Positions 1 through 9,696 of a stretch of DNA of 64,000 bases are shown one piece after another. The DNA comes from an uncultured Actinomycetota bacterium (GTDB lineage: Bacteria > Actinomycetota > Acidimicrobiia > Spongiisociales > UBA5794): the NCBI GenBank assembly GCA_963715255.1, contig CAVQRN010000005.1:9880-73879 (forward strand). Reading direction: 5' to 3'. Position numbers and translations under genes: made by a program. Every line of letters starts with the position of its first letter. Position 1 is the stretch's first letter. Below the pieces are notes generated by a model, which was not told the DNA's origin, searched no databases, and worked only from the letters and a program-made list of their open reading frames with translations.

Positions 1-190
1 AGACGTAGATAACTAGCGCAACGACTGCGCCAAGGAGGTCGAGTCGCTCCAGCAGGTCGCCTCCCAACCAGGGGCGCCGGTCACCCTCCCAACTCTGTCA
101 ACTCTCCTCCGGAACTGCAAGGGAAGGAGGTTACATCGCGGACCTCCAGAACATAGGTGCGTCGTGGGTGGGTCAGTTGCTCGGTCAAGT

Positions 191-904
191 TCAGGAGTCG
201 GTGCCGGTCCGGAGACGACTCCGGAACACGAGGGCGATTAGCACTCCGTTGACGATCAATACGAGCCAGGTGACTGAGATCACGACGACCTCAAATCGAT
301 CCTGCCGATCGAATCCAAAGGCAATCGCGATAGCGACCAGCGCGAGCGTGGATGCGACGAATCCGGCACCGAAGATCCATCGAACGGCCTTCGCCCGGAT
401 TCCCTCAGCGGGGATCAATGGGATCAAGAAGAGAAATGACAAGCTCATGAGCAGGTACCCGATCTCCTCGAGGGCTATGAATATCCCGTGAGGGTTGTAC
501 TGCGTGAGCAACGAGATGCCGTCAGTCTGTCCGACGGAGAGGCTGGATGGGACGACGGAGAATTGGACGAAGTAGGTAGGCGCAAGCACAGCCACGACAA
601 CGATTGCCAAACCCACTGCGACCTGACCGGCAATCGCCGATCCTGAGTGCGGACGGACGAAGTTGAGCGCCGTGACGAAGATCAGGTAGGCGACTACCAG
701 ACCGATCGCGAAGTACATCCACACGTAATCACGAGGGAACCGGTCAAGCGTATCGAGATAGGGGTACTCGATGCAGTCGCTTGGACAATTCGAACCAGAA
801 ATCGGGACGGCAAATAGAGCCAGACCGAAAGTGACCGTTGTGATGGCAGCCATGGCCATCGCTGCATACATGGCAATCCGGGCTGCCACGCGTTCCTCGC
901 TCAC
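191..904 (-). CDS. hypothetical polytopic membrane protein
   Basis: 237-aa ORF with several long hydrophobic segments (AMAMAAITTVTFGLALFAV, YVWMYFAIGLVVAYLIFVTAL, IGYLLMSLSFLFLIPLI, VISVTWLVLIVNGVLIALVF). No family recognised. Confidence 0.55.
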   Translation of the reverse strand: MSEERVAARIAMYAAMAMAAITTVTFGLALFAVPISGSNCPSDCIEYPYLDTLDRFPRDYVWMYFAIGLVVAYLIFVTALNFVRPHSGSAIAGQVAVGLAIVVVAVLAPTYFVQFSVVPSSLSVGQTDGISLLTQYNPHGIFIALEEIGYLLMSLSFLFLIPLIPAEGIRAKAVRWIFGAGFVASTLALVAIAIAFGFDRQDRFEVVVISVTWLVLIVNGVLIALVFRSRLRTGTDS

Positions 905-1178
905 ACGGAGGCACCCTTCCTATCCGTGAACAACGCCACCCGGCGCGGCATCCACGATAGCCGCGGGTGCAGCGAGTCCGTATCCGGCTGGGATGAGCGG
1001 ACCAATCCGGTTACTTGACAACCCGCAGATAGAGCAGAGGAGCGCCATGTGTGCTGCAACGACCCCCTGACATCGCAGCCGATATGGGCGGGATGATCTA
1101 CCAGACTTCTGCGTTGCGGGGAGACGATGACTTGTGGGGCGTTGGCTACGATCTGACACAGCGAGAAGGAGAACATGC

Positions 1179-1445
1179 GTGTTCAATGCCAATGATGCGA
1201 GCGAAGCTCTCGAACTGGCGGGTATCGACATCTCAAACGAGCGGTACACCGTGGAGGACGTTGCGACGGGGATGAACGTCGAATCGGAACACGGGACGCG
1301 GTTTCCCGACCTAGACGTCACAGGCGACGATCCGGTTATCACGGCGAAGATCGCCCTCGCTCACCTGCGGGAATTCCCTGACTACTACGACCGGCTCGAA
1401 GTCATGGAGCGTGAAGCAGAAGCGGCCTGGGAGTCTGAGGGCTAG
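1179..1445 (+). CDS. small DUF5661-like protein
   Basis: Lies in ORF 1134..1445. Likely GTG start at 1179, 7 nt after GAAGGAG. GMNVESEHG and AHLREFPDYYDRLEVME resemble the DUF5661 small-protein pattern (recalled from memory). Confidence 0.5.
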   Translation: MFNANDASEALELAGIDISNERYTVEDVATGMNVESEHGTRFPDLDVTGDDPVITAKIALAHLREFPDYYDRLEVMEREAEAAWESEG

Positions 1446-1573
1446 CGAAAGACCTGCCCGATCCAGCAAACCGCAGAACCGGCCACGTCCGCCCGCATGC
1501 GCCGACATGGGCGGGTGTACAGGTCCGGGGTCTCGACATATGATGTCAGTTGTCTTGACGTGTGGAGGTGACC

Positions 1574-1930
1574 ATGGCGTACGGTTCTGTGCATCCAGTT
1601 CAGGTACGGCATCACGACACGGGCAGACATGTCGCAGCGTGGGCTGCGTCGGTGCTCGGACTCGTTGCAGCCGCTCTCGGTGCCTACATCGCGTTGGCTC
1701 CCGACGACGGGACCGTCACGGTCAATGGCAGGTCGTGGGCGGCGGCCGATCTCGCCACGTGGGGACCGTGGCTCCTGATCGTCGGTGGAGTCGTTGCTGG
1801 TACGGGCATGATCGGTGTGGCGGTGGTGGACCAGCGGCAACGTGCAAGCCTGTGGCTCGTCGCAGCGGAGGGCGTGCTGGCCATCATCGGCGTGGTAGCT
1901 GCCATATCTGGCATCGTTCTCCTCGTCTAG
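1574..1930 (+). CDS. hypothetical small membrane protein
   Basis: ORF 1562..1930. ATG 1574 lies 5 nt after GGAGG. Three hydrophobic helices (AAWAASVLGLVAAALGAYIAL, WGPWLLIVGGVVAGTGMIGVAVV, LVAAEGVLAIIGVVAAISGIVLLV). Confidence 0.5.
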   Translation: MAYGSVHPVQVRHHDTGRHVAAWAASVLGLVAAALGAYIALAPDDGTVTVNGRSWAAADLATWGPWLLIVGGVVAGTGMIGVAVVDQRQRASLWLVAAEGVLAIIGVVAAISGIVLLV

Positions 1931-2030
1931 ACCCAACTCCGGCCAGCCCATGGTCAGCAGCATGGGTGACTGGTTGACTCGGGCTTGCCCGCCCATTGCC
2001 GATCTGGGTGGCGTTGTAGAGTGGAAGTCG

Positions 2031-2546
2031 ATGGAACGGTCCGATCGCGGTTCATTGGCTGTCAGAGAAGCCTCCGGCGAAGACGTAGAGGCGTTTGCCG
2101 AGTTCCTTACGGCGGCATGGCAGCAATCTGGGCCTGATGCTCCCGGGTTTGCCGGTGCTACCGACGAGGTCATTGCTGAACTGGTGACGCGTGATGCGGT
2201 CCTTGAGCGAATCGGTGGACCGGACCGGCGAATGTTCCTTGCATGGGAGGGCGGACGGATTGTGGGATTCGCCGCCATGAAGCGAATCGACGTGGAAACG
2301 GTTGAGCTGGCGGGCATCATTGTGCTGCCGTCGTGTGCCGGTCGCGGGGTTGGCACTGCCCTTGTCGACGAGGCTCTCCGCCGGGGACGAGACGAGCGGT
2401 ATCGCACGGTGATCGTTCGCACAGAGACTACGAACCAGGCGGCACGAGCGTTCTATGAGGCGCGCGGATTCGAGCTCGGGGAGATCACTGTCGAGCGGGT
2501 CGGCGACGTCTCGGTCCAGGTGTGGGAACTTTCCCACGATCTCTAG
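2031..2546 (+). CDS. GNAT family N-acetyltransferase
   Basis: Acetyl-CoA loop IIVLPSCAGRGVGTALVDEAL and NQAARAFYEARGF are typical of GNAT. The start (ATG 2031 within ORF 1950..2546) is uncertain. Confidence 0.8.
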   Translation: MERSDRGSLAVREASGEDVEAFAEFLTAAWQQSGPDAPGFAGATDEVIAELVTRDAVLERIGGPDRRMFLAWEGGRIVGFAAMKRIDVETVELAGIIVLPSCAGRGVGTALVDEALRRGRDERYRTVIVRTETTNQAARAFYEARGFELGEITVERVGDVSVQVWELSHDL

Positions 2547-2696
2547 ACGCGCACCAGCCGCCCATATGTCGCTCTCAGGGTGCGTAGGTGCCGATATGGG
2601 CGGCCTGTCTCAGAGTTCCGGAGTGGCTATCGGTCCAAGATGTGTGATGCTGTTGGGCCCGCCCCTGCGTTACAGCGACAGCCCGAGGAGGACGAG

Positions 2697-3071
2697 ATGG
2701 ACAACGAAGGACCGGAACAGATCAGCAGACGGCTCGAACGCTACCTTCGCACCGGCGACGTCGACGCACTGCGGGACTTGTACGAACCCGAAGCGGTCTT
2801 TGCCGATTACGACGGTACCGCTCGGGGATGGTCCGCGATTCGAGCTGCGCACCAGAGCTTCCTCGACGCAGGTCTCACGTTGACACTCACCGACTCCTTT
2901 GTACTCGAGGTTGACAACATCGCCCTCGTCCACTGGTCCTGGACGGTTCAACAGAGTGATGGCTCGTCGATAGAAGGCACCAGCGCCGAAGTGCTCCGCC
3001 GTCAACACGATGGCTCGTGGAAGTTCATCATCGACAACTCAGACGGATCCGCTCTGATCGGGCTCCCCTAA
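2697..3071 (+). CDS. SnoaL-like / DUF4440 (NTF2-fold) protein
   Basis: ATG 2697 is preceded by GAGGAGG. About 124 aa with LYEPEAVFADYDG and DGSWKFIIDN, typical of NTF2-like small proteins. Confidence 0.6.
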   Translation: MDNEGPEQISRRLERYLRTGDVDALRDLYEPEAVFADYDGTARGWSAIRAAHQSFLDAGLTLTLTDSFVLEVDNIALVHWSWTVQQSDGSSIEGTSAEVLRRQHDGSWKFIIDNSDGSALIGLP

Positions 3072-3204
3072 CACCCCACGGGTGCCGCTATGCGTTCTTG
3101 GGGGAAGCGATCGCAATGGCGCGAGAACGGGGTGATCGGGACGCAACTGGGGGTCAGCGGTCCAAGTACCTGTTGAGGGGTAGCTGCCTTGTGCGCCCCG
3201 CGTC

Positions 3205-3897
3205 TTAACCGATCGACGCCGCGAAGCGGCGGAAGGCTGCGGCGGCTCCAGACTGGATGGGGGCGGCATGTCCGAACAGCGCCTTCTCGAAGTCGAACTC
3301 GGCGATGTGCCGGAGGCTGGCGTCCAAGATCGACTTGGCGCGGCTGAACCGGCCACGACGCACTTCGCCCTTCTTCGCCGCCGTCGCGCTGATACGGGCG
3401 GGAGCCGAGCGCCAAAGCGTCACCATTGCTCAGATGGTTGAGCAACTCGCCGACCGTACCGGCGTCACATTGGCTTGACGGCACCCGCTCATGTTGTCTC
3501 TCGCCGTGTCCTTGACCGTTCGTGCGAGAAAGGACCGCGGCTCTGGCGCTGCTGCTGTCAGCTGTGCATGCTGCGCGCCAGTCGAGCGAGCAGACGATGC
3601 ACGTTGACGTCGATTCCAGTATGTCTCGATCTCGGTCCGATCGACTCGGGTCTCTGGAGCCATGGTCTTGGGCCACGCCTGGGCCACAAATGGCTGCGGC
3701 GATGGCGTCGACGTCGCAAGCGATCCGTAGCGGTCCGTGAGGGCAGTGGCGGGGCGGTTGACATGGGTGGCGTCGAGGATCCGCATCTCGGTACGCCGGG
3801 GCCGGGGTAGCCGAGGCCCGTCGATGCGGGAGAGGGTGACGTTGCCGATCAGGAGGGGCCGGACAGGACAGAACGCGAAGCAATGTGACGCTCTCAT
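3205..3897 (-). pseudogene. possible decayed MBL-fold-hydrolase-like gene (C-terminal remnant 3205..3426 plus frame-scrambled upstream part)
   Basis: ORF 3205..3426 ends ILDASLRHIAEFDFEKALFGHAAPIQSGAAAAFRRF, like the C-terminus of MBL-fold hydrolases. It shares a frame with ORF 3430..3897 across an in-frame TGA (3430-3432). Upstream, the coding-like third-position GC bias hops between the three minus frames, and no HxHxDH motif was found. Confidence 0.3.
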
Positions 3898-3948
3898 CTT
3901 TGAGGACTGGATGCTCTCGACACGGCACCTACGTTCGGCGACAACGAC

Positions 3949-4428
3949 CTAGCTGTGCGAGACGATGTCGACCTGCTCTGCGCCGACAGCGTCCAGCAGA
4001 TCGTGTGGCGACAACTCCAAGCCTGCGAGTGAGTCACCTGAGCTGATGGTTGTCCGCTCATGAGCCAACACGGTGGGATCAGCCAGCATCAGTGCCCTCC
4101 CCACGAGTTGCGTTGGAGATATCGCTCCAACGACCAGCCCGAGTTCAGCGACGAGCCGTTCGGGAGCCACCAGCTTGAGACCGGACGCGCCGACCCTCTT
4201 CCTGGCCTTGCTCGATTTCAGGCGCTTGTCGCCCGGGATCAACATCGCCACAAGTTGGCCGGATTCCGTTTCGCCGATCATGCATTTGACGATCTGGGAA
4301 ATTCCTACGCCGCGCTCTCTGGCTGCAGCCTCTGCCGTGAGCGCTGCCTCCCGGTGTGACCTGACCACGTAGCGGACGCTCATCTCGTCCAAATAGTCAG
4401 TGACGTCGGTCTTCACAACGCACACCAT
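3949..4428 (-). CDS. YbaK/EbsC-type aminoacyl-tRNA editing (deacylase) domain protein
   Basis: 159 aa. Pattern TAEAAARERGVGISQIVKCMI ... LIPGDKRL ... GAISP is typical of the YbaK/ProX family. Confidence 0.75.
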   Translation of the reverse strand: MVCVVKTDVTDYLDEMSVRYVVRSHREAALTAEAAARERGVGISQIVKCMIGETESGQLVAMLIPGDKRLKSSKARKRVGASGLKLVAPERLVAELGLVVGAISPTQLVGRALMLADPTVLAHERTTISSGDSLAGLELSPHDLLDAVGAEQVDIVSHS

Positions 4429-4697
4429 ACGCGATCACCCGTCCTCCGACGTATCGTGGATCTCACCGAGCGACGGAAGCATGCGTGGAATTGCGGTGGT
4501 CCACTCTGGAGTCCGACAACCGGAAGCCCACATTCGAGGACCTTGAGGCGAGTGCGAACGGGTGGCCGGCTGATCATCCGGACATCGTCGCCGGTCCCCC
4601 TCAGCAGCTCGGCACGAACGTCGCACTGCCTTTCGACTCTAGCGACCGTCCACAACGGAAGGCAGGGTGGGAAGCCGGGAACCAGGAGGGTGAGATA

Positions 4698-6087
4698 GTG
4701 AGCGCAGGACGAATTGTTGCAGTGATCGCGGGTGTTGTCGTCGGACTGCTCGCCATCGGACTTCTGATTGGCGGAACCTTCCTGACCGTTGGATACGCGG
4801 TCACGGCCGAGGACGACGGCTACTTCGACACGTCGCCGAAGCGATTCGGTAGTCCGGCCTTCGCCATCACGACCGAAGAGGCCGAATTGGCCGCCGACCC
4901 CGCACCGCCGGATTGGCTCTGGGACTTCGTCGACTTCTCCGTCCGGTTCCGAGTCGTTGGGTTCGGAAACGAAGTGTTCCTTGGCGTCGGCAGTCAGGCG
5001 GATGTCGAGGCGTATTTGGGTTCGGCCGCCTACGACCAGGTACGCGAGATTCGTCCCGGCCAATCGGTGCAGTACCGCAGCGTCCCAGGGGCCGGCACGG
5101 TCGAGCCGCCGGTGGACCAAGACTTCTGGGTCGCGGAAACCTCAGGATCCGGCCCCCAGGAGGTGGTGTGGGACGTCACCGAAGGCACATGGGTCGTCGT
5201 CTTGATGAACGCCGACGGTTCACCGGGTGTGGTCGCCGACGTCGCCGTCGGCGCCAAGTCGGGAGTGGTCCTTCCGCTTGGCATTGCGCTGCTCGTGTCA
5301 GGGTTCTTCCTGTTCGTGATCGCTGTGTTGATCATCGTTCTCGCCGCGGTCGTTGGACGAGGCAGCGAGATCGCGGATCGCGAGGCAGCAGGGGTACCGC
5401 AGCGGTTCCTGGAGCCGGTGCGTGTCGAGGCGGTGATCGACGCGCCGCTCTCGCAGTGGCTCTGGCTCGTCAAATGGTTCCTGGCGATCCCGCACTTCAT
5501 CGTGCTTGCGTTCCTCTGGATTGCGTTCGTCGCGCTCGACCTTCATCGCGTGGTGGGCCATCCTGTTCACCGGTCGCTATCCCGAAGGGCTCTTCCGATT
5601 CAACGTCGGTGTGATGCGATGGTCGTGGCGCGTCGGCTACTACGCCGGTGGAGGTGGCCTCGGGACCGACCGCTATCCGCCGTTCACGCTCGAGGACGTG
5701 CCCGACTACCCGGCGCGGTTCGACGTTGCCTATCCGGAGCACCTCTCACGCGGACTGGTGCTCGTGAAGTGGTGGCTTCTGGCTATCCCGCAGTACATCG
5801 TCGTCGGGGTCATGGTTGGCGGGACCCTCGCTTGGGGCGCCGACCTGTGGTGGGGTGGTCCGATGTGGGCAGGCGGCTTGATCGGTGCCCTCGTGCTGAT
5901 CGCCGCGGTCATCCTCTTGTTCACCGGCCGCTACCCGGAGCCGCTGTTCGACTTCATCATCGGACTCAATCGATGGGTGATGCGTGTGGCCGCGTACGCG
6001 TGTCTCATGACCGACCGGTATCCGCCGTTCCGCCTCGATCAGGGAGGGAAGGAACCGGTCACCACCGAAACAGCGATCGACCGCTAA
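4698..6087 (+). CDS. membrane protein with two DUF4389-type modules; reading frame broken near 5531-5545
   Basis: GTG 4698 lies 10 nt after [29 protein letters not shown] (frame of ORF 4485..6230) continues as [32 protein letters not shown] in ORF 5506..6087. A second module follows: [16 protein letters not shown]...[24 protein letters not shown]. Confidence 0.7.
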
Positions 6088-6210
6088 GGGATCCAAACGC
6101 CGTCGTCCAGCGATGCCCAAACCGGTATCGCGGGGGTCGATGTCGATCGGTGGCCGATGTTGGCCCTCGGGGACGCATCGAGGTATGCATTGATGCGTCG
6201 ATTTGGACGG

Positions 6211-6393
6211 TCAGCCGGAGAGGGCGTTGAAGACCTCGTAGATCATGAAGGCGGGCCAGAAGAGACCCTGGAAGAAGGAGAACACGTATTCCCAGAACGT
6301 GTCTGCCTGCTGCCAGAAGTACACGAAGGCTCCGAAGATGCCCAGGCCGTAGATTGCCCCGCCACCGGCGGCACCGGTATTGCTGGAACTCAT
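6211..6393 (-). CDS. small hydrophobic protein (60 aa)
   Basis: ATG at 6393 lies inside the long shadow ORF 6211..6729. Sequence is MSSSNTGAAGGGAIYGLGIFGAFVYFWQQADTFWEYVFSFFQGLFWPAFMIYEVFNALSG. No family recognised. Confidence 0.45.
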   Translation of the reverse strand: MSSSNTGAAGGGAIYGLGIFGAFVYFWQQADTFWEYVFSFFQGLFWPAFMIYEVFNALSG

Positions 6394-6746
6394 GGTCACA
6401 CCACCCCACGGTTGCGTCACGCTTGCGGGGGCGAGTGTACTAGCCGCAGGCAGCGGCGCCTGTGTGGGTCGAACCCCCGCAGGCGGTGACCGGTGGGGGT
6501 GGGGACGGAGGTCCGGGTCACTTCGCGCGGCGCCTTGACCTCGGCGGCTCCGTATTCGTCGAAACAGCGGAACCGCCGGACCGTAGTTGTGGCCGCTTCC
6601 CCATGGACGCAGAATCGACCACGATTCGCATCGGTCCCGTTCCGCCGAGGCCATCGCTTGGGGTGACTCCATATCGCTGCCGGAGGGTATCCACCAGCCT
6701 GTTCCCGAGACCCTTTCTGACGGCAGCACGCTGATATGCTCGTGTC

Positions 6747-7577
6747 ATGCCGATCTTCATGGATATTCATGAGAACCTGGGTGATGTCACCGAGCAGGAC
6801 ATCAAGAGTGCTCACCAGCGAGACCTTGCTATCCAAGATCAGCACGGAGTCCAATTCCTCACGTTCTGGTTCAACAGCCCGAATGGTCAGGCATTCTGCC
6901 TGGTCGACGCTCCAACGAAGGAAGCGGCAATCGCCGTTCACAAGGAGTCTCACGGGTTGGTGCCCCACGACATGGTCGAAGTGGAGCGGCCAACGGTTAG
7001 CCGCTTCATGGGTGATTGGGAGAAGAACGCTCCGAATATCGCAAGACACGACGATTCCGAACTCGACACTGGTTTGCGAGCCATCATGTTCACCGATCTC
7101 GTCGGGTCAACTCAGATCAGCAGCCGAGACGGTGATGCGAGGGCCCTGGAGGTCTTGGGACGCCACGATCAGATTGTCAGAGAGGCCCTCTCGTCGCACG
7201 GCGGACGAGAGGTCAAACACACGGGCGACGGCATCTTCGCTTCGTTCAGCTACGTCAGCAGGGCAGTCGACTGCGCCGTACAGATTCAGCGTGCGTTCGG
7301 CGAACCGGTTCACGCAGACTCAGGTGACCCCCGTGTCCGCATCGGGATCAGCGCAGGAGAACCAGTCAGCCAACACGAAGATCTCTTCGGTGCCGTCGTG
7401 AATCTCGCATCCCGGATCTGCGGACACGCGAACCCCGGGCAGATTCTCGTATCGGGTGCAGTGCGTGAGCTCTCCGTCGGAAAGCCGATTGTCTTCCAAG
7501 ACCGGGGCCCTATTGCGCTTAAAGGATTCGACGATCCAATCAGGCTCTTTGAAGTACCGATCGACCATCGCGCCTGA
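6747..7577 (+). CDS. DUF4242-like N-terminal domain fused to a class III adenylate/guanylate cyclase domain
   Basis: The N-terminus (MPIFMDIHENLGDVTEQDIKSAHQRDLAIQDQHGVQFLTFWFN..FCLVDAP..HKESHG) is DUF4242-like. Cyclase motifs are present: FTDLVGST, VKHTGDGIFASF, RIGISAGEP, GAVVNLASRI. Confidence 0.85.
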   Translation: MPIFMDIHENLGDVTEQDIKSAHQRDLAIQDQHGVQFLTFWFNSPNGQAFCLVDAPTKEAAIAVHKESHGLVPHDMVEVERPTVSRFMGDWEKNAPNIARHDDSELDTGLRAIMFTDLVGSTQISSRDGDARALEVLGRHDQIVREALSSHGGREVKHTGDGIFASFSYVSRAVDCAVQIQRAFGEPVHADSGDPRVRIGISAGEPVSQHEDLFGAVVNLASRICGHANPGQILVSGAVRELSVGKPIVFQDRGPIALKGFDDPIRLFEVPIDHRA

Positions 7578-7801
7578 CCGGCCGTATCGGACGTTCCTCG
7601 CGCCGAAGAGGCCGGGCACGCACACTGCCTCCCCGGCGCATACGATCTACCGATCTGGGTCGGCGTAGGGGCGACGGGGCAGTACGATCACGCACGTACA
7701 TGAGAGTCTTCACCCCCGGCCGCTGTCCTTCTTGTTGCTGCGGCTATCCCGCGGGTGAACGATGTCTGTGTCCCTGAATCCCACCACAGACTGAATCACA
7801 C

Positions 7802-7833
7802 GGCCCGCGGCAAGAAGCCCAGGGCCTTTTTCT
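7802..7833 (+). terminator. weak hairpin plus T-run in the cysK leader (possible attenuator)
   Basis: GGCCC (7802-7806) pairs with GGGCC (7822-7826) and is followed by TTTTTCT. The element sits just upstream of the GGAGG RBS (7836-7840) and ATG 7850. Confidence 0.2.
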
Positions 7834-7849
7834 ATGGAGGTAATCGAAG

Positions 7850-8800
7850 ATGGGACAGATCTTTTCCGATATCACCGAGACCGTTGGCGGTACTCCGCTC
7901 GTCGAACTAAAACGCATGTCACCGGTCGGTGGTGCCCGCGTCGTGGCCAAGCTGGAGTCGTTCAACCCGCTGTCGAGCGTCAAGGATCGGATCGGCGTGA
8001 ACATGATCGCCGCAGCCGAAGCATCCGGGAGCATCACGCCGGGTGAGACCACCTTGATCGAGGCGACGAGCGGCAACACCGGCATCGCCTTGGCCTTCGT
8101 GGCGGCCGCCAAGGGATACCGGTTGGTGTTGACCATGCCCGAAACGATGAGTGTTGAGCGCCGCCAACTGCTCCGCCTCTTCGGCGCCGAAGTTGTGCTC
8201 ACTCCAGGTGGGGAAGGCATGGCGGGTGCGATTGCCAAGGCTGAGCAACTGTTGGAGGAAACCCCCGGTGCGTTGATGCCCCGGCAATTCTCGAATCCGG
8301 CGAATCCGGAGATTCACCGTCGGACCACCGCCGAGGAGATCTGGGCCGACACCGACGGGGAGGTGGACATCATCGTGGCAACGGTGGGAACCGGAGGGAC
8401 GATCACCGGAGTCGCCGATGTTCTCAAGCGACGGAAACCGTCGCTGCAGATCGTCGCCGTGGAACCGGTCGGTTCACCAGTCCTCTCCGGCGGACCACCC
8501 GGATCGCACAAGATCCAGGGAATCGGAGCGGGATTCGTTCCGGCAGTCCTGAACCGAGAGCTGATCGATGAAGTCTTCCAGGTCACCGATCAGGACGCCT
8601 TCCAAGTCGCTCGCGAACTGGCCAGGAGCGAGGGGATCTTGGCAGGCATCTCCAGTGGAGCCGCGCTCCACGCCGCCCGGATCGTGGCAGCACGCCCCGG
8701 TCGGGAAGGAAGACTGCTCGTGGTCATTCTGCCCGACACTGGAGAACGCTATCTGTCGACCGCGTTGGCCCAGATGGACGAAGCGAGCACCCGCACATGA
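7850..8800 (+). CDS. cysK: cysteine synthase A (O-acetylserine sulfhydrylase)
   Basis: PLP-lysine motif [15 protein letters not shown] loop, full-length 316 aa, RBS GGAGG. Confidence 0.95.
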   Translation: MGQIFSDITETVGGTPLVELKRMSPVGGARVVAKLESFNPLSSVKDRIGVNMIAAAEASGSITPGETTLIEATSGNTGIALAFVAAAKGYRLVLTMPETMSVERRQLLRLFGAEVVLTPGGEGMAGAIAKAEQLLEETPGALMPRQFSNPANPEIHRRTTAEEIWADTDGEVDIIVATVGTGGTITGVADVLKRRKPSLQIVAVEPVGSPVLSGGPPGSHKIQGIGAGFVPAVLNRELIDEVFQVTDQDAFQVARELARSEGILAGISSGAALHAARIVAARPGREGRLLVVILPDTGERYLSTALAQMDEASTRT

Positions 8801-9549
8801 ACCGCCCGATCCGACGAGAAGAAGACCCGAGGAGACTGCCAGGCCGACGACGGCTGCGCCCGTTGGGGCGCCTCGGCGAGGACATCCAGGCCATCTTCGA
8901 TCACGACCCGTCCGCTCGCAGCGTGCCCGAGGTCCTGGTCTGCTACCCGGGACTCCACGCGGTGGTGCTGCACCGGGTGGCGCAACGGCTATGGATGAAA
9001 GGTCACAAGTTCTCGGCGCGGCTCTTGAGCCATCTGAGTCGCACGCTCACGGGTATCGAGATCCACCCGGCGGCCAAGATCGGACGGCGTTTCGTCATTG
9101 ATCACGGCATGGGCGTAGTGATCGGTGAGACTGCCGAGATCGGTGACGACGTGATGCTCTACCAAGGCGTCACCTTGGGGGGCACGAGTCTCAAGAAACG
9201 GAAACGCCACCCCACCCTGGATGACGGGGTAGTGGTCGGAGCAGGAGCCAAGATCCTCGGCGCCGTCAACATCGGAAGAGGCGCTCGCGTGGGGGCGGGC
9301 GCGGTGGTAGTGAGAGACGTACCGGTGGGAGCGACCGTGGTGGGGCTCACCGGTCGGGTGATCGACCAGCACGAACCCGGCCGACGGCCGCTGAGCATGG
9401 ACCTGGCCGAGAGCAGGGACGATCACGCCGTCCGGGTACTCGAGGTCCTCGTCGAACGGGTCCAGCAACTCGAGAGCAGCGTCAACGGCGGCACCCTCAC
9501 CGCTCCCCCCACTCCCGAAAAGACCTTCGCGCAAGGAGCGGGAATCTGA
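8797..9549 (+). CDS. cysE: serine O-acetyltransferase
   Basis: ATGA overlap with the cysK stop. Hexapeptide-repeat core [40 protein letters not shown]. Confidence 0.9.
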   Translation: MNRPIRREEDPRRLPGRRRLRPLGRLGEDIQAIFDHDPSARSVPEVLVCYPGLHAVVLHRVAQRLWMKGHKFSARLLSHLSRTLTGIEIHPAAKIGRRFVIDHGMGVVIGETAEIGDDVMLYQGVTLGGTSLKKRKRHPTLDDGVVVGAGAKILGAVNIGRGARVGAGAVVVRDVPVGATVVGLTGRVIDQHEPGRRPLSMDLAESRDDHAVRVLEVLVERVQQLESSVNGGTLTAPPTPEKTFAQGAGI

Positions 9550-9654
9550 ATGAGCGTCCTCGTTTGGGACCGCGTTCCGGTTGGTGGCCACTAGGAACCG
9601 AATCACGCCTCCCGTCTCGTGAAGTGGGGGACCGTGGATGCGAACGAATCCGCG

Positions 9655-9696
9655 GAAAGGTGTTATCAAACGGGACAGTATGGTAATGTATTGAAA
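9655..9696 (+). promoter_or_regulatory. AT-rich promoter/operator-like patch upstream of the TetR gene
   Basis: Locally AT-rich island in a GC-rich genome: GGTGTTATCAAACGGGACAGTATGGTAATGTATTGAAAGTG. It contains TATGGT/TAATGT (-10-like) and a direct repeat GTGTTATCAA / GTGTTGACCAA. Confidence 0.25.

Noticed and set aside
1442-2422. Long antisense or overlapping ORFs throughout the track (e.g. 1442..2422, 3068..3928, 8989..10083, 10930..12390, 12418..13446, 17830..19038, 25558..26778, 27901..29214, 46252..47661, 52089..53351, 53475..54641, 62506..63618).
   Set aside because: They overlap genes with clear family motifs on the other strand or frame. Their translations are Arg/Pro/Ser/Gly-rich and low-complexity, as expected for shadow ORFs in high-GC DNA.
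3430-3432. In-frame TGA as a selenocysteine or read-through codon.
   Set aside because: I see no SECIS-like hairpin immediately downstream, and the upstream ORF is not homologous to the same family in that frame. Decay or error is more likely.
6430-6742. Possible small minus-strand gene (MTRAYQRAAVRKGLGNRLVDTLRQRYGVTPSDG..., then RRFRCFDEYGAAEVKAPREV in another frame) between the 60-aa ORF and the cyclase gene.
   Set aside because: It needs a frame shift and has no recognisable family. Its start would lie only 5 nt from the divergent cyclase start codon, leaving no promoter space. I cannot support it.
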